From positions 23,719 to 87,718 of the forward strand of contig CAZEOQ010000004.1 in assembly GCA_964513995.1 (NCBI GenBank): DNA of 64,000 nucleotides, in the 5' to 3' direction. Below are positions 9,002 to 16,424 of the stretch, one piece after another. Made by a program: the position numbers and the translations under genes. The stretch comes from an uncultured Desulfobacterales bacterium (GTDB lineage: Bacteria > Desulfobacterota > DSM-4660 > Desulfatiglandales > JALVZP01). Within the stretch, counting starts at the first letter, position 1. Each line of letters begins with the position of its first letter. Below the pieces are notes generated by a model that was not told where the DNA came from, ran no database searches, and was given only the letters and a program-made list of their open reading frames with translations.

Positions 9002-10315
9002 ATGAAAGATATCTGGAAGATACTGAAGTCTGTAAAGCTTGCTGTTTTTCTTTTAATAATCCTGGCCATAGCATCTACCTTGGGAACAATTATTCCACAG
9101 GGAGAAGAAGCTATATGGTTTGCAATGAAAAGACCAGAACTTTTCAAAATCCTTCATTTTCTCGGACTTTTTGACTTGTATCATACATTGTGGTTCAGGG
9201 CAATCTTAGGACTTCTTGCACTTAATCTAATCGTCTGTTCTGTTGACAGACTTCCAGATACATGGAAGAGGATAAAGGAGGTTAAAGAGCCAAAAAAAGA
9301 GGAATTTAGGATAAAAGTAAAAGAGGATTTTTCTGAAGTAAGAAAGAAGATAGAAGTTCATCTGAGATGCAGACTTCTTAAGGAACAAAAAGATAAGGTA
9401 TGTTTTTTTATTGAAAAGGGAAGATTTTCATGTTTTGGTGTCTACATAGTTCACTTCAGCATCATACTGATACTTCTTGGAGGAATCATAGGTTCTATTT
9501 TTGGATTTGAAGGATATATGAGTATTCTGGAAGGGGAGAAAAAAGATACGGTAAGATTGAAGAATAAAAAGGAGCTTAAACTTGATTTTCAAGTAAGATG
9601 TGATAAGTTTCTGGTAGAATTTTATGAAAATGGTATGCCAAAGGAATATGTATCTTTTTTGACATTTATAAAAGGAGGAAAGGAGTTCAGAAAGACTTTA
9701 AAAGTAAATCATCCTGTAAGATTTGATGGTATAACATTTTATCAGGCAAGCTATGGAATAGCTGTTGGAGATTCTGTCCTTATCAAGGTCTTGGATAAGA
9801 CTACGAAAAAAGAAAAAAAAGTAAAGATCTCCTTAGGAGAAGAGGCTTCTGTTTTTGGTATAAGGATTAAGCTCTTGGACATAAGAGAGGATTTTGGAGG
9901 GGCAGGTCCTGCTGTTTTTCTCAAGCTAAAAAAGGATGGAGAAAAAAGAAAGCTTATACTTTTCAGAGAAAGGAAAAAAGCAGAAAGGATACTTCCTTCT
10001 GAAATGTTAAACTCACCTATATTTGACCCATCTTTTTTTAATTATTCATTTTCAGTTGAATCTTTGGAAACAAAGTATTATACAGGTTTACAAGTAAGTA
10101 AAAATCCAGGAGTTCCTGTTGTATGGACTGGTTTTTTCTTTATTTCATTTGGTCTTATCCTTACTTTTTTTTCTTCTCACAGAAGGATCTGGATATATGT
10201 TCGGAAAAAGGAAGATGGAACCGAAATAGCTATATCAGGAATGTCAAACAGAAAGGATAAAGGCTTTCTTGAAAATATAAAGGAGAACATATCAAGAATA
10301 TGTATAACACAGTAA
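9002..10315 (+). CDS. resB: Cytochrome c biogenesis protein ResB/Ccs1 (system II)
   Basis: 437 aa. The N-terminus (LKSVKLAVFLLIILAIASTLGTIIPQG) is typical of ResB. There is a large soluble loop and a C-terminal transmembrane segment. ccsA follows directly. Confidence 0.8.
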   Translation: MKDIWKILKSVKLAVFLLIILAIASTLGTIIPQGEEAIWFAMKRPELFKILHFLGLFDLYHTLWFRAILGLLALNLIVCSVDRLPDTWKRIKEVKEPKKEEFRIKVKEDFSEVRKKIEVHLRCRLLKEQKDKVCFFIEKGRFSCFGVYIVHFSIILILLGGIIGSIFGFEGYMSILEGEKKDTVRLKNKKELKLDFQVRCDKFLVEFYENGMPKEYVSFLTFIKGGKEFRKTLKVNHPVRFDGITFYQASYGIAVGDSVLIKVLDKTTKKEKKVKISLGEEASVFGIRIKLLDIREDFGGAGPAVFLKLKKDGEKRKLILFRERKKAERILPSEMLNSPIFDPSFFNYSFSVESLETKYYTGLQVSKNPGVPVVWTGFFFISFGLILTFFSSHRRIWIYVRKKEDGTEIAISGMSNRKDKGFLENIKENISRICITQ

Positions 10316-11109
10316 TACTTAGCTATACGACATTTGGATATTTTATTTCATTTCTTTTTTATCTCCTTATGTCTGTAATGAAAAAAGAAGTATTTGGGAA
10401 GATTGCATCTTTTTCCTCCATCCTTTTCTTTCTGCTTCATACCTCAGGCATAATCCTGAGATGGATAGAATCCTATAAGTTAGGAATAGGACATGCTCCA
10501 CTTTCTAACTTATACGAATCTCTGATATTTTTTTCATGGGCTATAATGCTTTTATACATAATCCTGGAACTTAAGACAAAAACAAAGATCTTTGGTGTAT
10601 TTGTAACACCTCTTTCATTCCTAATTATGGCCTATGCATCATTTTCACCTTCAGTTACAAGTAAAATTCAGCCTCTTATTCCTGCTCTTAAGAGCAACTG
10701 GCTTATAGCTCATGTAATAACTTGTTTTATGGGATATGCTGCATTTGGAATCTCTATGGCTTTAAGTATTGTGTATCTTTTAAATGAAAAAAGCAGATTT
10801 TCTATTTTTCTTGAGGAGTTAAATTATCAGATAGTGGTAATAGGATTTATGATGCTTACACTTGGAATAATTACGGGATCTGTATGGGCACATTATGCAT
10901 GGGGAAGCTACTGGAGCTGGGATCCAAAAGAAACATGGTCACTTATAACATGGCTTGTATATGCTGCTCTTATCCATTCCCGTATGGTAAGAAGGTGGAG
11001 GGGAAGAAAGATAGCTATACTTTCTATTATAGGATTCTCGTGTGTCCTTTTTACATACCTGGGAGTAAACTTTCTCCTTTCAGGACTTCACAGCTATGCA
11101 AAGTCTTAG
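10300..11109 (+). CDS. ccsA: Cytochrome c biogenesis protein CcsA/ResC (system II heme handling)
   Basis: A polytopic membrane protein with the Trp-rich WWD-type motif WAHYAWGSYWSWDPKETWSLITW. Confidence 0.85.
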   Translation: MYNTVILSYTTFGYFISFLFYLLMSVMKKEVFGKIASFSSILFFLLHTSGIILRWIESYKLGIGHAPLSNLYESLIFFSWAIMLLYIILELKTKTKIFGVFVTPLSFLIMAYASFSPSVTSKIQPLIPALKSNWLIAHVITCFMGYAAFGISMALSIVYLLNEKSRFSIFLEELNYQIVVIGFMMLTLGIITGSVWAHYAWGSYWSWDPKETWSLITWLVYAALIHSRMVRRWRGRKIAILSIIGFSCVLFTYLGVNFLLSGLHSYAKS

Positions 11110-11981
11110 CTTCTTTCTGCCTCTTGAATAAGATCCTCTCCGTATCTTTCCAAAAATTCCTTTAAATCATCCTTCCAGTTTTTCATAATGCTTACACGAA
11201 ACAATCTCAGTTCTTTATTTTCCAGAAGACAGTTTATAGGTCTCTTTGCAGGAACATCCCATTCTTTTATGCTAAATGTCTCTATCTTTGCAGGAATCTT
11301 TAATGTAGCCAGGATAAACTTTGCCCATTCAGCTCTCGTGCAATATCCTTCAGATGTAACATGAAATATTCCTTTCAGGTTTCTTTCTAAAAGCAAAAGT
11401 ATCTGCTGAGCTACTCTGTATGTCCATGTAGGAGATCCATACTGTTCTCTTATTACTCTTATCTTCTCTCCCTTTATAGCCTTCCTTATTACCCACTTTA
11501 CAAAGTTGTCTCTTTTTCTTCCATAAAGCCATCCTGTCCTTATAATTATGTAATCATCTATGTTATCAATAACTGCCTTTTCACTTTCTGCTTTTGTCTT
11601 TCCATAAAAGGAGATTGGATTTGGTTCGTCATCTTCAAAATATGGCTGTGGAACAGGCTTTTTTCCATCAAATACATAATCACTTGATATATGAACAATC
11701 TTGCAGTCAAATCTTGCACATACCTGTGCAAGATTCCTTGCTCCTTCCACATTTATCTTTTGAGCAACCTCTTTTTCTTTCTCACATCCATCCACATCTG
11801 TATATGCTGCACAGTTTACAACTACATCAGGTGAATTTTTCTGAATTACTTCTATTACCTTATCCCATTTTCTTATATCCATCTCCTCTTTTGTAGGACA
11901 GACAACCTCATGTCTTTCTGAAAACACTTCCTTACAGTCACTTCCAAGCATTCCTGTGCTTCCAACAAGAAGGATCTTCAT
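11106..11981 (-). CDS. rfbD: dTDP-4-dehydrorhamnose reductase
   Basis: MKILLVGSTGMLG (Rossmann fold), HISSDYVFDG, YGKTK and ~290 aa all fit RmlD/RfbD. Confidence 0.85.
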   Translation of the reverse strand: MKILLVGSTGMLGSDCKEVFSERHEVVCPTKEEMDIRKWDKVIEVIQKNSPDVVVNCAAYTDVDGCEKEKEVAQKINVEGARNLAQVCARFDCKIVHISSDYVFDGKKPVPQPYFEDDEPNPISFYGKTKAESEKAVIDNIDDYIIIRTGWLYGRKRDNFVKWVIRKAIKGEKIRVIREQYGSPTWTYRVAQQILLLLERNLKGIFHVTSEGYCTRAEWAKFILATLKIPAKIETFSIKEWDVPAKRPINCLLENKELRLFRVSIMKNWKDDLKEFLERYGEDLIQEAERS

Positions 11982-12415
11982 CTCTTCACCTCCTTAAACA
12001 GATATAAGCCAGTTATAACGAGTATTCCATCTCTTATAAGATACCATATCATGGATATCCTTGCTGATGGATTCTCTTTTAGATCAAAACATCCACATTC
12101 TACATTCATTCCTCTTATTGTGTTTAAAAGGATGGCTAAAAAAAAGCTGATAAGCAAGATGTTTACCAGAAGAATAGCTCCTTCCAGCATGAATCCAGAT
12201 ATGAGACATATCCCTAAGAAAAGCTCCAGCCAGGGAAGAACAATGGCTATAAGATTGGATAATGTATCAGGGAAGAGTCTGTAGTTGTAAACTACTTTTA
12301 AGAAATCTAAAGGAAACCTTATCTTGCTTAGACTTGCATATATAAAGACTGCTCCCAAGAACAACCTCAAAAATGTTACTTTCCTGATTCCAAAGGAAGA
12401 CCAAGAGCTTTCCAT
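11978..12415 (-). CDS. MauE/DoxX-family redox-associated membrane protein
   Basis: 145 aa with four hydrophobic helices and an ECGCF motif typical of MauE-like proteins. It overlaps the rhodanese gene upstream. Confidence 0.65.
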   Translation of the reverse strand: MESSWSSFGIRKVTFLRLFLGAVFIYASLSKIRFPLDFLKVVYNYRLFPDTLSNLIAIVLPWLELFLGICLISGFMLEGAILLVNILLISFFLAILLNTIRGMNVECGCFDLKENPSARISMIWYLIRDGILVITGLYLFKEVKR

Positions 12416-12834
12416 CCCTTTATTCCATCAGGAAGATAATAGACATTTCTGTAACCTAAGGCATACAGTTTAAAAACCAGCTCTTTACTTAATCCACATC
12501 CCTCTTCACTGCAATATACTATTATAGGTCTCTCCTTTGGAAGTCTTATATTTCTTATTTCCTTATCAGGAGGAATATTTATTGCTCCTTTTATGTGTGC
12601 TTTTTTGTAATAATAAGAAGGTCTTGCATCAACAAAGACAGCTTCTTTTGAAAAAAAAAGCCTTTCTGCATCTTTTATGTCTATCCTAAACCTTTCTTCT
12701 GAAGTATCCTCAGAAAACAGATCTATCTTTTGTTTTCTAAATTGATTTACAGACATCCCAGCAAAAAAAGAAAGACTCAATATAAGAAACGCCTGAAATA
12801 TCATGTTTCTTAACGAAAATATCCTTTTACCCAT
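12376..12834 (-). CDS. Membrane-anchored rhodanese-domain protein
   Basis: There is an N-terminal transmembrane or signal segment. The rhodanese core is FVDARP...YKKAHIKGAINIP...IIVYCSEEGCGLS...GYRNVYYLPDGIKGW. The start could instead be the internal MIFQAF at 12804. Confidence 0.75.
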   Translation of the reverse strand: MGKRIFSLRNMIFQAFLILSLSFFAGMSVNQFRKQKIDLFSEDTSEERFRIDIKDAERLFFSKEAVFVDARPSYYYKKAHIKGAINIPPDKEIRNIRLPKERPIIVYCSEEGCGLSKELVFKLYALGYRNVYYLPDGIKGWKALGLPLESGK

Positions 12835-13469
12835 ATCTCTATGTATGGCATCCTGGAATAGCTCGTCTTTATCTTCAGTCTTCCAGCAATCTCTTTGTCT
12901 TCTGAAGGAAACTTTACAAATTTTATCTCATACTTTTTTCCTCTCTCTATTTCTGAAATATAATACTGAACCTTCCTTTTATCCAGATCAAAAGACATTG
13001 GCTTTATAAAAAGAGGTTCTTTTAGATTTGCTTTTATCATTACCCTTGCTTTTATTATATCCGTCTTTCTTCCAATAAGATATACCCTTTTTGGAGAAAC
13101 CTCTATGGGAGATATAACCTCTGCCTTTACTACAAGAAGAAGATTTCTCTGTTCAACATCATCTGTTTCTATAGCAACAGTCCTTCTTATCTCTCCTTCA
13201 TCTTCCGAAGTATCAATGTATACCTTTACCTTTCCTTCTTTTCCAGGAAGTATGGTCTCATCCCATGAGACCACAGTGCATCCTCATCCAGGAACTACCT
13301 TTCTTATACTCACCTTCCTTTTTCCCAAGTTCTTTATGACAAATGTATAGACTATAGGTCTTCCTTTTATAACCTTACCAAGACTTACTTCTCTTTTCTC
13401 TATAAGAAGTCTTCCATAGGAAGGGCTAACAAGAGAGATTAAAAAAAAGAACAAAAGAGCTTTTTTCAT
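12810..13469 (-). CDS. DUF1573 protein with a signal peptide, containing one in-frame TGA (13284-13286), a putative selenocysteine at the C-G-C-T motif
   Basis: ORFs 13469..13284 and 13274..12810 share one frame and are separated only by the TGA. The joined sequence ...FVIKNLGKRKVSIRKVVPG-[TGA]-GCTVVSWDETILPGKEGKVKVYID... is collinear with the DUF1573 core (F.f.N.G...l.I..v..sCGCT......i.PGe.g.i.v). The N-terminal signal peptide is found only in the upstream piece. Confidence 0.7.
13254..13272 (-). promoter_or_regulatory. SECIS-like stem-loop downstream of the in-frame UGA
   Basis: The mRNA reads UGA GGAUGCACUGU [GGUCUCAU GGG AUGAGACC]. The stem is a perfect 8 bp, the apical loop is G-rich, and the stem begins 11 nt after the UGA. 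That spacing matches the minimal E. coli fdhF SECIS. Confidence 0.55.
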
Positions 13470-14419
13470 AGTTCAATCAGTTTTACTCTGTTTCTTCCTT
13501 CTTTTTTTGCTTCATAAAGCATCTGATCTGCTTTTTTTATAAGAATGTCTGAAGTAACTACCTCCTTTTTCTTTTTAGGATCAAATCCAGCTACTCCAAA
13601 ACTTGCAGTAATCCTTATCTTTTCTCCTCCTGCATCTATCAGACTTTCCTCTATACTCCTTCTGATCCTTTCTGCAACTGTTCCAGCTCTGTATGCATCT
13701 GTTTCAGGAAGGACTATAAGAAATTCCTCTCCACCATATCTTGCAATCCAATCTGAACCATCCCTTATCTGCTTTTTTATTATACCTACAAATTCCTTAA
13801 GAACCATGTCTCCTGCTTGATGACCATATGTGTCATTTACATCTTTGAAGTGATCAATGTCACACATAATAACAGACAGAGGATGACTGTATCTTATGCT
13901 TCTTTTTATCTCTGAAGGAAGAAATTCCATAAGATAACCCCTGTTATAACATCCTGTAAGAGGATCTGTTATAGAAAGCCTTCTTATCTTTTCATTTGCT
14001 TCTCTAAGAGATCTTTCAAGCTTAAGTATCCTTATTCCTGTCTTTATTCGTGCAAGGAGCTCTGCCTGATTAAATGGCTTACTTACATAGTCATCTGCTC
14101 CTGCTTCAAGCCCCCTTACTATGTCTTCTTTTGCGTCTTTTGCAGTAATGATAATTATAAAGACATAACCTGGAGATTCAATCTTTCTTAATGTCCTGCA
14201 CAGCTCAAGACCATCTATCTTTGGCATCATCCAGTCCGTAAGAACAATAGGAAAATACTGTTTTTTAAAAATCTCTAAAGCCTCCTCTCCATCCTTTGCA
14301 CTCTTTACGCGAAAACCTTCTTTTTTCAGAAGATTCTCTAAGATGATCCTTGATATAGAATCGTCATCTACTACGAGGATAGGAAAAAGGTGCTTGTTGT
14401 TTTCAGAAATTTCCTGCAT
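13466..14419 (-). CDS. Response regulator with GGDEF output domain (diguanylate cyclase)
   Basis: The receiver domain shows ILVVDDD...TDWMMPKIDG...KP. The GGDEF domain shows DPLTGCYNR...DIDHFKDVNDTYGHQAGD...ARYGGEEF. Confidence 0.9.
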   Translation of the reverse strand: MQEISENNKHLFPILVVDDDSISRIILENLLKKEGFRVKSAKDGEEALEIFKKQYFPIVLTDWMMPKIDGLELCRTLRKIESPGYVFIIIITAKDAKEDIVRGLEAGADDYVSKPFNQAELLARIKTGIRILKLERSLREANEKIRRLSITDPLTGCYNRGYLMEFLPSEIKRSIRYSHPLSVIMCDIDHFKDVNDTYGHQAGDMVLKEFVGIIKKQIRDGSDWIARYGGEEFLIVLPETDAYRAGTVAERIRRSIEESLIDAGGEKIRITASFGVAGFDPKKKKEVVTSDILIKKADQMLYEAKKEGRNRVKLIEL

Positions 14420-14427
14420 ATAGATGA

Positions 14428-15408
14428 TTAGATCTTCTGTATATCTTTTATGAATCTGTCAATTATCTTTTCATTCATCTCTTTTGACAGCTCCTTTCTC
14501 AGTCTTTCTTCAACAACAGCTATAGCCATGTTCATCATCTCGTCTGAAAGCATCCTTTTTGCCTTTTCAAGTTCTGTCTTATAATACAGATTTGCATCTT
14601 CTATCATCTTTTGAGCCTCTTTTTTTGCATCCTCTATTATCTTTTCCTTTTCCCTTTTTGCCATCTCCAGGATACTTTCCCTTATCTGTTCAGCATAAAC
14701 CTCTGCATTACTTATCTTTTCCCTTTGTTCTTCTATTTCCTTCTTTACTCTATTATACTCTTCTTCAAGCTTTGAGATATTTCCCTGGATCTTATCCCTT
14801 TCGTTTTTTAAAAACTCCAGAAGAGGTCTTTTTCCGTAGCGAATAAAAAGGAAGACAATTATTCCAAAGTTTACAAAGAGCATTATGTTGTTATAGATGA
14901 TCCTTGCCTTAGAAGGGGCTGTCTTTGCTGAAAGACAGATTGAAGGAAAGATAAGAAGGATAAGAGAAGCAACTGTTATCTTTTTTATAATCTCTTCTGC
15001 TATCTTTTGAGCTTGCTTTTCCAAACTTGGTCTTACTTTTTCTATCTGCTCCCTAATTCTTTTTTCAGCCTCTTCTTTTATAACAGAAACTTCCTTTCTT
15101 GATTTTTCTAAAATCTTCTCAGCTTCCCTCAATCCTTCTTCTCTTATCCCAGCTCTTTCTTGAGCTGCCTTAAGCTTTGCTTCAGTTTCTATTTTCAAAA
15201 ACTTATCCTTAAGTCTTTCAGCCTCTTCTTTTATCTTTTCAAGCTCTTTTCTTTTATCCTCAATGAATTTTCTTCTTTCTGCCATTATCTTCATTACTGG
15301 TTTAAAAAGGATACGATCCAGGATAAACATAAGTATTAAGAAATGAAGGATCTGAAGGGGGAGTGTGGCATTTATCGTTATAAGTCCTCTTACGGTTTCA
15401 AATTCCAT
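14428..15408 (-). CDS. atpF: F-type ATP synthase peripheral-stalk protein, apparent b'-b fusion
   Basis: 326 aa. Residues 1-145 form a transmembrane segment (LPLQILHFLILMFILDRILFKPV) followed by a long charged helix. Residues ~172-326 form a second transmembrane segment (IMLFVNFGIIVFLFIRYGKRPLLEFL) followed by a second long charged helix. An extra hydrophobic segment at 145-161 links the two halves. Confidence 0.75.
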   Translation of the reverse strand: MEFETVRGLITINATLPLQILHFLILMFILDRILFKPVMKIMAERRKFIEDKRKELEKIKEEAERLKDKFLKIETEAKLKAAQERAGIREEGLREAEKILEKSRKEVSVIKEEAEKRIREQIEKVRPSLEKQAQKIAEEIIKKITVASLILLIFPSICLSAKTAPSKARIIYNNIMLFVNFGIIVFLFIRYGKRPLLEFLKNERDKIQGNISKLEEEYNRVKKEIEEQREKISNAEVYAEQIRESILEMAKREKEKIIEDAKKEAQKMIEDANLYYKTELEKAKRMLSDEMMNMAIAVVEERLRKELSKEMNEKIIDRFIKDIQKI

Positions 15409-15420
15409 CCTTCTTCACCC

Positions 15421-15675
15421 TTATACGACGAATATAAGAAGGAGTGCAATGACGAGAGAATATATTCCTGTAGATTCTGAAACTGCCTGTCCAACAAGCA
15501 TTGTTCTTGTTATAAGTCCTGCCTCTTCTGGTCTTTTTCCTATGGACTCACATGCCTTTCCTGCAGCAAAACCTTCTCCTATCCCTGGTCCAATTGCACC
15601 AAGTCCCATTGCAATTCCTGCACCAAGCATTGCTGCTGCTTTAATAAGATCGTGTCCTGTGATGTTTACAGCCAT
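15421..15675 (-). CDS. atpE: F-type ATP synthase c subunit (single hairpin), Na+-type two-carboxylate signature
   Basis: 84 aa. [57 protein letters not shown] is nearly collinear with the Ilyobacter and Fusobacterium c subunits. Confidence 0.9.
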   Translation of the reverse strand: MAVNITGHDLIKAAAMLGAGIAMGLGAIGPGIGEGFAAGKACESIGKRPEEAGLITRTMLVGQAVSESTGIYSLVIALLLIFVV

Positions 15676-15694
15676 CTCTTAATCCCTCCTTTTT

Positions 15695-16423
15695 TTATAT
15701 TACGACAAATATCAAAACAAGGCTTATTACCATGGCATATATTGCTGTTGACTGTGATACTGCCTGTCCTATAAGCATTACTCTCGTAAGAGTTGCTGCT
15801 ATTTCTGGATTTCTTGCAATCCCTTCACAGCTTTTTCCAGCAGGTATTCCTGCACCTATTCCAGGTCCTATTGACGCAAGTCCTGTGCTCAAGCCAGAGC
15901 TGAGAAGTGCTGCCCATGCAGGATGAAAAGGAACGCCTTTCAGATTTACAAACATAAGCACCAGAGATATGACCATTGCAAATATTGCAGGGGTCTGATC
16001 AACTGCAGATCCTATAAGCATATTAGTAATAAGTTTTCCTGTTACAGCAGGCTGCCTGCTTATTCCAACACAGCATTCTGCTGCAGGAAATCCTCCTCCA
16101 ATACCAGGACCAAAAGCACCAAGTCCCATACATATTCCAGATCCAATAAGTGCAAATGCTTTAAGGAGTGGAGCACCTGAAACATCTAAGAAAAGAAGGA
16201 GGATGGCTATGACAAGTGCAAATATTGCAGAAGTTTCTGCCATTGCCTGTCCTACGAGCATTGCTTTTGCAATGTCTCCTCCTTTTTCAGGTCTTATAGA
16301 GATTGCCTCATTTGCCTTTCCAGCAGTATATCCTTCTCCAAGTGCAGCACCTATTGCACCAAGTCCCATGCAGAGACCTGCACTCAGAAGCTTTGAAAGG
16401 TTTACTGCTGCCTGAACATCCAT
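15695..16423 (-). CDS. Triplicated (three-hairpin, six-helix) F-type c subunit with one conserved ion-binding Glu
   Basis: 242 aa made of three tandem c-subunit repeats of ~80 aa. Each repeat has a GxGxGxG helix 1 and a helix 2. Glu is present in repeat 1 (AMAE63TSAIF). The aligned position is Gln in repeat 2 (AVDQ143TPAIF) and repeat 3 (AVSQ224STAIY). Confidence 0.8.
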   Translation of the reverse strand: MDVQAAVNLSKLLSAGLCMGLGAIGAALGEGYTAGKANEAISIRPEKGGDIAKAMLVGQAMAETSAIFALVIAILLLFLDVSGAPLLKAFALIGSGICMGLGAFGPGIGGGFPAAECCVGISRQPAVTGKLITNMLIGSAVDQTPAIFAMVISLVLMFVNLKGVPFHPAWAALLSSGLSTGLASIGPGIGAGIPAGKSCEGIARNPEIAATLTRVMLIGQAVSQSTAIYAMVISLVLIFVVI

Positions 16424-16424
16424 C

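Noticed and set aside
13274-13286. The DUF1573 split could be read as a simple nonsense-mutation pseudogene or as two separate genes.
   Set aside because: I kept this as the alternative hypothesis but did not prefer it. The stop is specifically TGA and sits exactly on the conserved redox Cys. The frame is preserved, and a perfect 8-bp hairpin begins 11 nt downstream. The downstream piece alone would lack the signal peptide and half the domain.
15365-16415. Several + strand ORFs (15365..15682, 15732..15926, 15923..16180, 16203..16415) lie opposite the c-subunit genes.
   Set aside because: They are antisense shadows of Gly/Ala-rich c-subunit coding sequence. Their products are low-complexity Pro/Ser/Ala strings with no recognisable motif, and the minus-strand genes are unambiguous.
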